DNA of 64,000 bases. Source: Candidatus Latescibacterota bacterium. GTDB lineage: Bacteria > Latescibacterota > UBA2968. Below the pieces are notes generated by a model. That model saw only the letters and a list, made by a program, of their open reading frames with translations. It had not been told where the DNA came from and made no database searches. The stretch spans positions 2,592,001-2,656,000 of the forward strand of contig OZ242010.1 of NCBI GenBank assembly GCA_965204745.1, in the 5' to 3' direction. The position numbers and the translations under genes were made by a program. The first letter of the stretch is position 1, and every line of letters starts with the position of its first letter. Of the stretch, positions 41,601-49,201 are shown in pieces.

Positions 41601-42015
41601 TGATCGTGTAGCCGTTGCCCTTGAAATTGCCCGTGTATTTGTAGGCGTTTGTGCCGATGGGTAGCCAGCCGGCGCCGTTGTTCCAATAGGTGGCGTCTGC
41701 TGAGGTGATTGAGTTGTCGTTGTTCTCGTCAAAGTCCAAGTTGTTGAGCAGTTCGTAGCCATTACAGCCGGCGGACGGACACCCCATGCCCGAGGCGGGG
41801 TTACTGAAGGCGGTGAAATAGTTCGTAGAGTCGGTGCTCGACACAACACCATCGCCGTTGAGATCCCAACGAATGGCGTTGAGTTGCGCCAAGGAGGTGA
41901 CGTCAATCAGGCGGTCGTTGTCCGAGTCGTAGTCGGTTTGGGCAAAAGCCGGCCCCGATGCCATCAGCATGACCAGCGCGACCATAGCCAACAAGTGAGC
42001 GTAGCGGGACATCAT
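35638..42015 (-). CDS. 2125-aa secreted adhesin-like protein: four (Ca-binding cap + GLUG repeat) modules, FnIII-like, Calx-beta repeats, dockerin-like C-terminus
   Basis: Signal peptide ending AFAQ; repeated DxDxDGL...LNA.RWDLxGDG / GCxGYEL / GGLVG / YWDTQTS blocks; ATSGTDY...LTFAAG Calx-beta motifs. Confidence 0.9.
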   Translation of the reverse strand: MMSRYAHLLAMVALVMLMASGPAFAQTDYDSDNDRLIDVTSLAQLNAIRWDLNGDGVVSSTDSTNYFTAFSNPASGMGCPSAGCNGYELLNNLDFDENNDNSITSADATYWNNGAGWLPIGTNAYKYTGNFKGNGYTINNLFISRNNTGYVGLFGSIQSGRIESLGVTNANVRGRDNTGILAGGNSGSPIVACYVTGAVQGGDQTGGLVGYNGFNGGDINTTYSTASVSGGQYVGGLVGFSTFALISNSYSIGRVSGNNNVGGLLGCSCASNTQSNNYWNTLTSERPGGIGVVAPGALPGSNAGVTGKSTSDLQNPITYTGIYANWNVDVDGDRVPDNPWNFGTTSQDPTLRTPSQRVVDHDGDNDGLIDVTSLLQLNAIRYDLNGDGLPTGTNADTIAYANAFLGGDITASSGRMGCPATGGCTGYELLNNLDFDENNDGSITAADATYWNSGAGWTPIGVASTGAATAFSATFDGNDNTISNLFIADSTSTATGGGFVGLFGDVSGTIRDVGLLDVNITNTRTSTASSNNVGQTGALAGLLNAGGAVRGSYVAGGSVTHNTSSASATGYTGCLLGYSNGTVSDSYATCNVVGTNNNSLFIGGLIGTAAGSVDSTYATGTVTITGTGSIAAGGLIGWAGDRVSVSYATGNVSGSGTGRMGGLIGHMAGPSYANYATGNVSGSGTGTGVTDALSFKVGGLIGQINLGSGEYLRSSYATGNVSGTGSGVKAGGLIGQVQVTDANSISAVYAIGTVSNTSTGTTATGGLAAQRGGSITAAITYGRWDTQTTGQSTTAGTLINTLGGLTTSALQSPTGYTGSYLNWNQNLDGQAGNDDPWYFGATNQYPVLKYAGLDTTAQLALQPSIPPRVAVTSNGDTLYVHWRAASQATGYTVQWKSGMQSYDAAREATPTATFLKIPLASGTTYTVRVIASKTGARDGSVEVMRATGLTNYDTDGDGLIAITTLAQLNAMRWDLDGDGAIDASASTADTTAYNTAFPNRDTATRMGCFPGCTGYELLANLDFDTSGDGEITAADATYWNGGAGWDPVGPYGGTFKGNNKTISHLFINRGSRHNTGLFQAVDGDVSGLGLLNVNVTGADRVGGLAGNQGGGSTISSCYVTGRVSGSKWGVGGLVGRSYRTSGTNRIVSSYALVSVRVPAHVTSGGMAGGLVGWLTDQTEVVASYALGTVFAGHSSAVGGGLVGQIASGSDVTASYATGAVTGAGTKGGLVGSSAGTVTDSYWDTQTSGIVDDSDTVAPEGKLTADLQSITSASGIYANWDDLTIDASGTNDDDPWTFGTTKQYPVLTFAGLDTTAQYAAQPVHYDTDSDGLLEVSTLAQLHAMRWDINGDGAIDSSATTADTTAYNAAFPNGNLSASKGCPSSGCTGYELLNNLDFDENNDGAITQADTTYWNSGQGWMPIGSDASPALRYTGDFKGNGYTVQNLFISRSAVSYQALFGGTGTNSRIESLGVTDADVTADDFSGILVGGNRGEIVACYTTGSMTGDNVVGGLVGWTGGAISTSYSLASVSATQNLGGLVGSKAAAGSITNSYSTGAVSLSSGSMTSIGGLLGESNAGTGTVSGSYWDTQTSGRQTSFGGSGAAGKTTSELQSPTTYGATSNDTYYGWNANIDGQAGNDDPWTFGAMDQYPALKYAGLDTTVQFQLQPAIVTLALTPSSISESGGMSTVTATLAHPLSATTTITVRPVAGAYTVGTDSTITIAAGQTANASDTVVITAVDNTRDAPNRDVTVTVVADNDQGSVVLPTAITITDDDPPPRLSISSPSAVEGTALTFTVRLNEVSGKEVTVAYADASTGTATSGTDYTALTAGTLTFAAGTTSQTIAVSVTDDSDDEQNETVIVTLSSATNATISTAQGTGTIIDDDGMPTLSIGSPSVIEGATSATLTFRVYLRPAHNTLQVTVAYADAGTGTATSGTDYTALTAGTLTFAVGDTIQTIAVSVTDDSDDEQNETVIVTLSSATNATISTAQGTGTIIDDETPSANLDVDGDGRVRLFSDIILVIRYVLFFREEALLRGNVIEPTATRKTAQEIEPYLDTLVNQNILDVDGDGDVRLFSDIILIIRYVLFFRNEALLRGNVIEQNATRTTAQAIEPYIRSLYPDSHFQ

Positions 42016-42031
42016 ATCAGAATCCTCTCGA

Positions 42032-42047
42032 GGGGGGGGGGGGGGGG
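42032..42047 (-). repeat. C16 homopolymer just upstream of the adhesin start
   Basis: 16 consecutive G on the + strand. Confidence 0.9.
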
Positions 42048-42281
42048 TACACTGTACTGATCATCCTAACAGATTGTTTTGCAATGAAATAGACCCACAC
42101 ACCAAGATGGGAATGGGCGACATGAACGCCTGTTTTCGCAGGGGAACGGTGGCCTCCAAACAGGTTTGAACAACGTCGAAAAATGGCAGTCAACATGTGA
42201 TCTCTCCTAAAAAATAGAGTGAGTTGTACAGGCATGGCTTTTGCCTGCGTGCGCCAAATAACGAATAACGATGGTGGAGTA

Positions 42282-42311
42282 AAATTAAGGTACCACGTCG
42301 TTTCTTGTCAA
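42282..42311 (-). promoter_or_regulatory. Putative sigma70 promoter of the adhesin gene
   Basis: TTGACA-N18-TAATTT, homologous to 28089-28118. Confidence 0.5.
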
Positions 42312-42336
42312 GCCTAAAAGTGACGATGGGAATTGT

Positions 42337-42772
42337 GACCTACCCCCTAGCCCCGTTACTCGCTCCGCTTCGTTGTAGGCTACGCCTGTGCCTGCGAGGA
42401 AGGGGGAACTGTGAGCGGTTTTGCGAGGGGAATGGCGATAGGTTTTTTGGGGTTCATGGCATTATCCATTCACGCAAAGCCATCAAAACAGCCATGGATA
42501 CAAACCTCCAAGAAAGCCATGCGCTCCCCCTTTCCTTGTAGGAAAGGGGGCCGGGGGGATAGGTCCTGCGAGGTGTGACCTACCCCCTAACCCCCTTCCT
42601 GCGAGGAAGGGGGAACTGTGAGTGGTTTTCCGAGGGATTGCGCGAGCGGGGTTTGGATTTTCATGGCGTGATCCATTCGCGCAAAGCCATCAAAACAGCC
42701 GGGGATACAAACCTTTAAGAAAGCCATGCGCTCCCCCTTTCCTCGTAGGAAAGGGGGCCGGGGGGATAGGTC
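42337..42772 (+). repeat. Two tandem MITE-like elements (42337-42566 and 42577-42772)
   Basis: Each runs GACCTACCCCC...GGGGATAGGTC. Confidence 0.82.
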
Positions 42773-42910
42773 CCCTCGCGCCACGCCATCAGAGCAATCA
42801 GAGCAATCAGAGCTAGAAGCCATGTCAGTGGTCACTGCGCGAATAGCAACGCAAAAAGGAGACACCATCAAGTGTCTCCTTTTTTTATCGCGAGCGCGGC
42901 TCATCCTCAC

Positions 42911-43351
42911 CTATTCATCGTCATCGGTTGACAGGGGCAAATCTTCTTGCCTCAAAACGCGGCGGCGGGGCCGGCTGAATTGTTGGGGTGCGCGCTCGAG
43001 GCGTTCTTGAACTTGTACGGTATAACGCGCTGTGGGCACGGCCTCGAGGCGTGCGGGATGAATTGCCTCGCCCGATTCTTCGCAGAAGCCGTACGTGCGA
43101 TTTTCAATTTTTTGCAGGGCATTGTCGATTTCGGCCAATTCGTGCCGCTCGTGATTGCCCAAGGACGTCATCAATTCCACGGACGACGCCTTGCCCGCTG
43201 CGTCGAGTGGATCCGCGGCGACATTGCCTCTGATTTCGTCGAGGTCTTCGTCTTGACTGAGCACTTGCTTGAGCAACTCGCGCCTGCGCTCAATCAGAAG
43301 GTTCCGGTAAAATTCGAGCTTTTTCGCGCTCAAAGGTCGATGCTTTGCCAT
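42911..43351 (-). CDS. TraR/DksA-family transcriptional regulator
   Basis: DPLD coiled-coil tip; YGFCEESGEAI..ARLEAVP (reduced Cys set). Confidence 0.9.
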   Translation of the reverse strand: MAKHRPLSAKKLEFYRNLLIERRRELLKQVLSQDEDLDEIRGNVAADPLDAAGKASSVELMTSLGNHERHELAEIDNALQKIENRTYGFCEESGEAIHPARLEAVPTARYTVQVQERLERAPQQFSRPRRRVLRQEDLPLSTDDDE

Positions 43352-43409
43352 TGCCTGCTGGCTCCCTTTAGGTTATTTGCCCAGGTGAAGTGACGGTTCC
43401 CGTTCGCCA

Positions 43410-43850
43410 TCACAGCAACGCGATCCCTCTCGAATGACAGATGTTCGCAAAATCGCGGAGATTGAACGTGAGCATCGCGTCTATGCGGACATTGGGGTCA
43501 TCGAGGATTGCACAGATCACGGCATCCACAAGGCTCATCGCGTTGCGTTGCGTTTTGGCCCGTGTAAGCGCGTCTTCGTAGGCGTCGAGCCGATATGGAG
43601 AATCGTTGAGCAATTCGATATGAGGGCCGCGAAGGATGCTTTCAAACCGCGCAATCGTTGATGGTCTCCGCGCAAACCGCGTGTTGATGGTCTCGTACAG
43701 AACCGGCCAAGGTATGACGAGAGAAAGGATTTCGAGCCATTCTCGTTTTTCGACAGCATCGGCGTGATAACGGTCCCTCTCGTTGAAGAGCGCGAAGAAG
43801 AAGCCCGAGTCCACCAGAAGTCTATAAGGCGTGGTCATCGACATCGACAT
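43410..43850 (-). CDS. PIN-domain (VapC-like) protein
   Basis: LVDSGFFFAL...D.YH, VLYET, SLVDA, LTFN.RDF motifs. Confidence 0.85.
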   Translation of the reverse strand: MSMSMTTPYRLLVDSGFFFALFNERDRYHADAVEKREWLEILSLVIPWPVLYETINTRFARRPSTIARFESILRGPHIELLNDSPYRLDAYEDALTRAKTQRNAMSLVDAVICAILDDPNVRIDAMLTFNLRDFANICHSRGIALL

Positions 43851-44157
43851 CGTCGTATTCCTCGTGCAGTCCGTAGCCCACCCAAGGCGCGCTCTTGCGG
43901 CGACCGATGAGGAAGTGCCCCCGTAGGCGCATTTTTTTTTGATAGACGATATATATCCGCGAGCGTTTGTCCAGTGCGACCGCGCCCTCTATCTCGGCCT
44001 TGAGAGATTCACACAGGGCTTCTCCGTCATGAGAAAACCAAAAACACGCCACGCTACTGCCGCATTCTTTTGCATTTTGATCATCGAGCCATGCGTACAG
44101 GCCTTCGTAATCGCCGCGCACACCGAGATCAAAAGACAGCCAAATCAATTTTTTCAC
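43822..44157 (-). CDS. Small hypothetical protein (possible Cas2/VapD-like fold) overlapping the PIN gene
   Basis: GGAGG RBS and GTG start; IWLSFDL...DYEGLYAWLD. Confidence 0.7.
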   Translation of the reverse strand: MKKLIWLSFDLGVRGDYEGLYAWLDDQNAKECGSSVACFWFSHDGEALCESLKAEIEGAVALDKRSRIYIVYQKKMRLRGHFLIGRRKSAPWVGYGLHEEYDDVDVDDHAL

Positions 44158-44248
44158 GCGCTTATCCTCCAGCTTTTGGGGTGGCGATGCAAAAGTGAGA
44201 CAATTTATAGAATCAAAAAATAATGTCAAGTCAGGGAAATGGATCGCG

Positions 44249-45958
44249 CTATTTCCGAAGCGCGGTGAGAAAATCTTCTGCGGAAAGCGCGTTGAGCACG
44301 TCAGCGGGGGTTAGGCCGCCTTTGCGGGCGATGCCCAAGCCATAACGCATATTTTCGAGCTCTTCAATGCTGTGGGCGTCTGTGTTGATCGGAATTTGCA
44401 CGCCTTTTTTTTGGGCGTACTCCAGAAATCGCCAGTCCAGATCCAATCGGGCGGGATTGGCATTGATCTCGATTGCGGTGCGCGTGTTGGCGGCAACGTC
44501 GATAACCGCCCTCATGTCGACCGGATAGCCCTCGCGCGCGAGCAGCAACCGCCCCGTGGGATGGCCCAAAATATCGACATGCGGATTTTGAACCGCGCGA
44601 ATCAACCGGGCGGTGGCCTCTTTCTCGGTCATTGAAAACTTCGAATGCACGGATGCGACCACGAGATCAAATTCGGCCAAAAACGCATCGTCAAAATCCA
44701 AGCGTCCATCGCTCAAAATATCGACCTCGATTCCCTTCAATATCCGAATGCCCGCCACCTCAGCGGCAACCCGGTCGATCTCGTCCCACTGCGAACGCAC
44801 GCGGTCTTCGGTCAACCCATGGGCATAGGCGGCGGCCTTGCTGTGATCGCAAATGCCGATGTAGGTATGGCCCAGTGCTTTTGCGGCCCGCGCCATGGCC
44901 TCGATGCCGTGCCGCCCGTCGCTATATGTCGTGTGGATGTGAAGCGTGCCCTTGAGATCGGCTCGCGCGACCAACTCGGGCAAGGGGCCTCGTGCGGCGC
45001 GCTCGATCTCGCCTCTGCCCTCGCGCAATTCCGGGGGGATATAGTGCAGTCCCAGCGCGGCGAACAGTGCTTTCTCGTCGGGGCAATCCACGCCTTCATC
45101 GCCCTGAAACAACCCGGATTCATCGAGCTTCATCCCCCGATCCTTTGCCCGTTGTCGCATCGCGGCGTTGTGTTCTCGGCTACCTGTAAAATGGTGCAAT
45201 ACATGTGGAAAGGCCGCATCCTCCGCGATCAGCAACTCTGCGCGCATGCCCGAATCCAACACGACGTTCGCTTTGGTTTTGCCGCGGCCCGTCATCTCTT
45301 TCGCGCCGGGGTACTGGCCGAATGCCGTGGCGAGTTCCTCCCGGTCTTTCGCGCTCGCGACGATAATGACATCCTCGGTCGTTTCCGCGCATCGGCGCAC
45401 GTTGCCCGCGATAGCCAACCGCGTCACCCCCGGTTGCTCGGACAGGTACGCGCGCAATGCCTCGGCTTCGGTTTGTGCGGTGTGGCACAGGAATTGCCCG
45501 CGGTGTTGTTGCAAAAAGGACACGCCGCGCAGAATGCTTTGCGCGGTTTTTTTGCCAAAACCGCGCAGTTTTTCGATTTCGCCAGCCTCGCACGCCTTAG
45601 CGAGTGCATCCACGTCGGCAATGCCGAGTTGTTTGTAAATAGACCGCACCCGCTTCGCGCCCAAGCCGGGCACAGCGGTCATCTCGAACAACCCCTCGGG
45701 CAGGGCCTCGCGCAACTCGTTCAGGCCCGGCAACTCGCCGGTTTCGATCATGGTTTCGATCATGCCCCCGATCTTGCTGCCGATGGAGCGCACGGATTCC
45801 AATTCGCCGCGCGCGCTCAAGTCCGTGGCGGGTTCTTGCAGTTGGTCAATTTGCCGCGCTGCTCGGGCGTACAACCGAATGCGATACGGGTGTTCGCCGT
45901 GCAGTTCCATCAGCGTGGTCAGGTCTGTCAGCGCGTTTGCAATGTCTTTGTTGGTCAT
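44249..45958 (-). CDS. polX: DNA polymerase X / PHP-domain protein
   Basis: HhH motifs, HFTGS..HN, PPELRE; PHP motifs HIHTTYSDG, HPTGR, NTDAH. Confidence 0.95.
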   Translation of the reverse strand: MTNKDIANALTDLTTLMELHGEHPYRIRLYARAARQIDQLQEPATDLSARGELESVRSIGSKIGGMIETMIETGELPGLNELREALPEGLFEMTAVPGLGAKRVRSIYKQLGIADVDALAKACEAGEIEKLRGFGKKTAQSILRGVSFLQQHRGQFLCHTAQTEAEALRAYLSEQPGVTRLAIAGNVRRCAETTEDVIIVASAKDREELATAFGQYPGAKEMTGRGKTKANVVLDSGMRAELLIAEDAAFPHVLHHFTGSREHNAAMRQRAKDRGMKLDESGLFQGDEGVDCPDEKALFAALGLHYIPPELREGRGEIERAARGPLPELVARADLKGTLHIHTTYSDGRHGIEAMARAAKALGHTYIGICDHSKAAAYAHGLTEDRVRSQWDEIDRVAAEVAGIRILKGIEVDILSDGRLDFDDAFLAEFDLVVASVHSKFSMTEKEATARLIRAVQNPHVDILGHPTGRLLLAREGYPVDMRAVIDVAANTRTAIEINANPARLDLDWRFLEYAQKKGVQIPINTDAHSIEELENMRYGLGIARKGGLTPADVLNALSAEDFLTALRK

Positions 45959-46119
45959 TCAAAACCACCTTGAAATGTCGTGGACATTGGGGAATGAAGA
46001 TGTATTTTACAGCGGTGAGACGGGATTTTAGCCACAAAAGGCACAAAAAGGGTGCAACTGGCGATAGCTCGTTCAAAGGCGAGCAGTGTGTAGGGGCGAT
46101 GCCCCCGTGCTCGCCCGAA

Positions 46120-46232
46120 GTCAGTGGTCAGTAGTCAGTAGTCAGTCCCCACCCCGCCCAACTCCCTTTGGTGAGCCGTAAGACGGGAGACGGGAGGTAG
46201 CCCCGCCACCGCCCAAGTAGTCAGTGGTCAGT
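46120..46232 (+). repeat. GTGGTCA/GTAGTCA and GAGACGG heptamer cluster
   Basis: Directly visible units. Confidence 0.75.
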
Positions 46233-46303
46233 TCCCATCCCAAAAACAACTGACCGTTGATCGCTTGCACACATCAATATAGATGGGGAAAGGCAGCGCG
46301 TCA

Positions 46304-47365
46304 ATGAATGGAAAATTGAAAATCGCAGTCGTCGGGTTGGGGCGGATTGGGTGGCGGTTTCACTTTCAGCAGGCCCTTGCATCCGACCAATTTGAACTCG
46401 TCTCAGTGGTCGATCCCCTGCCCGACCGGTTGGCCGAGGCCCGCGTTGCAGCGGGGTGTGAGACCCTGACGGCGTTTGACGAGTTGTGGTCGCGGCCCGC
46501 GCCGGATGTGGTGGTCATTGCCACGCCGACCACCTTGCACGAAAGCATGACGATTCGCGCCTTAGAGGCGGGGTGTCACGTCATTCTCGAAAAGCCCATG
46601 ACCACGTCCATTGCGTCGGCGGATAGGATGATCGCCCAAGCGCGAAAATGCGACCGCCGCATCTTTCTCTATCAACCCCATCGCCTCACGCCTGAAACGC
46701 AAACCGCGCGCGAGGTGATTCAAAGCGGGTTGCTAGGGCCTGTGTATGCGATTCACCGGGGCGTGTATCGGTATGTGCGCCGCAATGATTGGCAGAGTTT
46801 GCGGAAAAACGGCGGGGGTATGTTGAACAATTACGGCGCGCATTACATCGACCAACTCATCTATCTCTCGGACGATTCGTCCGTTGCAGAAGTCGATTGC
46901 AAGCTCTGGGCTATCGCCACCCGAGGCGACGCGGACGACGTGGTCAAGGCGTGGATCAAAAAGGAGTCTGGGCAACTCTTGGACATGCAGATCAATCAGG
47001 CATCGGCTTATGACATGCCCACCTGGCATATTTGCGGGCACTACGGCACGGCCATTCGCACGGGCAATGCGTTCAAGGTGCGGTATTACGACCCGGCAGC
47101 AGCGCGACCGCTGTCGGTTATCGAAGGCGCGGCGCCCGACCGCAGTTACGACAACTACGACCGGTTGCCGTGGCGGGAAAAGGAGTTTCCCATTGCACGA
47201 GACAAACAGCGCGATTTTTACGCCAATATCTACGATGTGATTGTCGCCGATGCCGCGCCCCACATTCGCATCGAGGAATCGCGCGAACTCATGCGCGTGA
47301 TGGATTTGTGCCGGCGAGGCAATCGGGATTTTGTGGATGAACCCCAAACAAAGGATGTGCGATGA
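46304..47365 (+). CDS. Gfo/Idh/MocA-family oxidoreductase
   Basis: VVGLGRIG, LEKP, GGMLNNYGAHYID motifs. Confidence 0.92.
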   Translation: MNGKLKIAVVGLGRIGWRFHFQQALASDQFELVSVVDPLPDRLAEARVAAGCETLTAFDELWSRPAPDVVVIATPTTLHESMTIRALEAGCHVILEKPMTTSIASADRMIAQARKCDRRIFLYQPHRLTPETQTAREVIQSGLLGPVYAIHRGVYRYVRRNDWQSLRKNGGGMLNNYGAHYIDQLIYLSDDSSVAEVDCKLWAIATRGDADDVVKAWIKKESGQLLDMQINQASAYDMPTWHICGHYGTAIRTGNAFKVRYYDPAAARPLSVIEGAAPDRSYDNYDRLPWREKEFPIARDKQRDFYANIYDVIVADAAPHIRIEESRELMRVMDLCRRGNRDFVDEPQTKDVR

Positions 47366-48216
47366 AATTGTCACTCACTTCTGTCATGCTTCCCAGATGG
47401 GATTTGGAGACCACCTTTGCAAAACTCGCAACACACGGGTACGAGGGCATTGAACTCCGCTGTCGGTACAATCCCGAAGACCCGGATGCAGAACCGTCCA
47501 ACTGGGGCCGGCATCTCACCGACGTCAGCCCGGACAATATCGCGGCCAAGGCGGCGCAGATCCGCGACCTGTCGCAACAAACCGGGGTGCGCGTGTGCGC
47601 CCTCGCGCCCAATTTTACGTGCGATCAGACCGAGATTATCGACAAAATTTTCAACGGCGCGCTCGCCATCGACCCGGACAATCCCCCGCTCATTCGCATC
47701 GGCGCACAACGGCACGACCGATCCCGGCCCTATTTGCCGCAATTCTTGGACGCACGCGCGGGCTTTGCCCATCTGGTTGAACGGGCGCACGATTGCGGGG
47801 TCAAGATCATCTACGAGATTCACGTCGGCACGATTGCGGTGAGCGCATCTCGGGCTATCGAGCTCCTAAACAATTTCGACCCCAATCACATCGGCGCGAT
47901 TTTCGATGTGCCCAACATGATCCGCGTTGGCCTTGAGGACAGCAAGATGGGCCTCGAACTCCTCGGCCCGTACCTCGCGCATGTACACATCGGCAATGCC
48001 ACGCCCGTGCAAACCCAACGCGACGCCACCGGAAGCATGCACTGGCAATGGGATTTTTGCGACCTGCGAGAAGGCATGGCCGATATCCCCCAAATCATCC
48101 AAGACCTCAAGGACGTGGGGTATCAGGGCTACATCTCGCTCGAAGAATTTGGCCCGGGCGACGACGAAAAGAAAATCAGCGGCGAAGGGGCGTATTTGAA
48201 GGAGTTGATCGGGTAG
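47362..48216 (+). CDS. Sugar phosphate isomerase/epimerase (xylose isomerase-like TIM barrel)
   Basis: GYEGIEL, YEIH, FDVPN, HVH, GYQGYISLE motifs. Confidence 0.88.
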   Translation: MKLSLTSVMLPRWDLETTFAKLATHGYEGIELRCRYNPEDPDAEPSNWGRHLTDVSPDNIAAKAAQIRDLSQQTGVRVCALAPNFTCDQTEIIDKIFNGALAIDPDNPPLIRIGAQRHDRSRPYLPQFLDARAGFAHLVERAHDCGVKIIYEIHVGTIAVSASRAIELLNNFDPNHIGAIFDVPNMIRVGLEDSKMGLELLGPYLAHVHIGNATPVQTQRDATGSMHWQWDFCDLREGMADIPQIIQDLKDVGYQGYISLEEFGPGDDEKKISGEGAYLKELIG

Positions 48217-48273
48217 TGGTCAGTGGTCAGTGGTCAGTGGTCAGTGGTCAGTGGTCAGTGGTCAGTGGTCAGT
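48214..48273 (+). repeat. (GTGGTCA)8 heptamer array directly after the stop codon
   Basis: Perfect tandem units. Confidence 0.92.
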
Positions 48274-48629
48274 CCGCCCCGCCCAACCCCCTTCGATGAG
48301 ACGCAAGACGTGAGATGGAAGTTTAGCCACGAGCGGGGTACAACTGCTCCAGCAGTTCAAGTGCTTTTGTAACAGGACGATATGCGTCAGCCTGCAAGGT
48401 GGGTTGCAACATGGATGTGGGTTGCCAGACGGCCTTGCGCGCTGTGCGTGATGGCTTTAGCTGATGGGCTTTTGAGATGGCAGGGGTGCCATGGCTTCGC
48501 TGAATGACTGCGGTACGTCAAGGGCTTCGCTCGTTGTCCACATATCGCATCACATGAGGACAACAGAAATTCAATTTGGTATTATATCTGTCCTCGTGTA
48601 CAACGCCTGAATTGAAGGTATGAAGAAAG

Positions 48630-48887
48630 ATGACGTTCAGGATTTCAGCACATGCACGTCGGGAAATGTTGCGAAGGGGGATTTCAGAACTATGGGTTCG
48701 CAATATTACGGAAAACCCGGGGCAGATTGTTCCGGTGCGAGAGGGGAAGAAAGCATATCAATCTCTGAAAGCGTTGAAAGGCAAGACATATCTCGTACGT
48801 GTCATTGTCGCCGATGACGAAGACCCCTGTGTTGTCGTTACAGTTTATCTCACGAGTAAAATTGGAAAGTATTGGAGGCCCGCATGA
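48630..48887 (+). CDS. DUF4258-family putative toxin
   Basis: SAHARREM.RRGIS...VVVTVY pattern. Confidence 0.82.
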   Translation: MTFRISAHARREMLRRGISELWVRNITENPGQIVPVREGKKAYQSLKALKGKTYLVRVIVADDEDPCVVVTVYLTSKIGKYWRPA

Positions 48888-49078
48888 AAGTGAACTACGA
48901 TTCTGAAGTCGATGTGTTGCGTATCATTTTGAAAGACACGCCGATTGAGGAAAGCGATGAAGAAAAGCCGGGCGTCGTTCTGGATTATGACAAGGATGGC
49001 AATATCGTTGGGCTTGAAGTTTTGGATGCGTCTTTGCGCGTGGAGAATCCCAAAGCCGTTGAATATGCTGTAGAATAA
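48884..49078 (+). CDS. DUF2283-family putative antitoxin
   Basis: YDSEVDVL.I...LDYDKDGNIVGLEVLDAS pattern. Confidence 0.9.
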   Translation: MKVNYDSEVDVLRIILKDTPIEESDEEKPGVVLDYDKDGNIVGLEVLDASLRVENPKAVEYAVE

Positions 49079-49201
49079 CGCGCTATCCGCCCAACCCTTT
49101 GTCTGAATCGCGGACTAAAAATCCGTCCGCTCGCGCCAAACAAAAAGCCCGGGTTCGCAATGAACGCGGGCTCGTGTTTTACGCCGTATGTGTTCTGCGC
49201 T

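Noticed and set aside
21714-42015. Diversity-generating retroelement acting on the adhesin paralogs
   Set aside because: No reverse transcriptase in the window; in the stretch compared, differences include indels and are not adenine-specific
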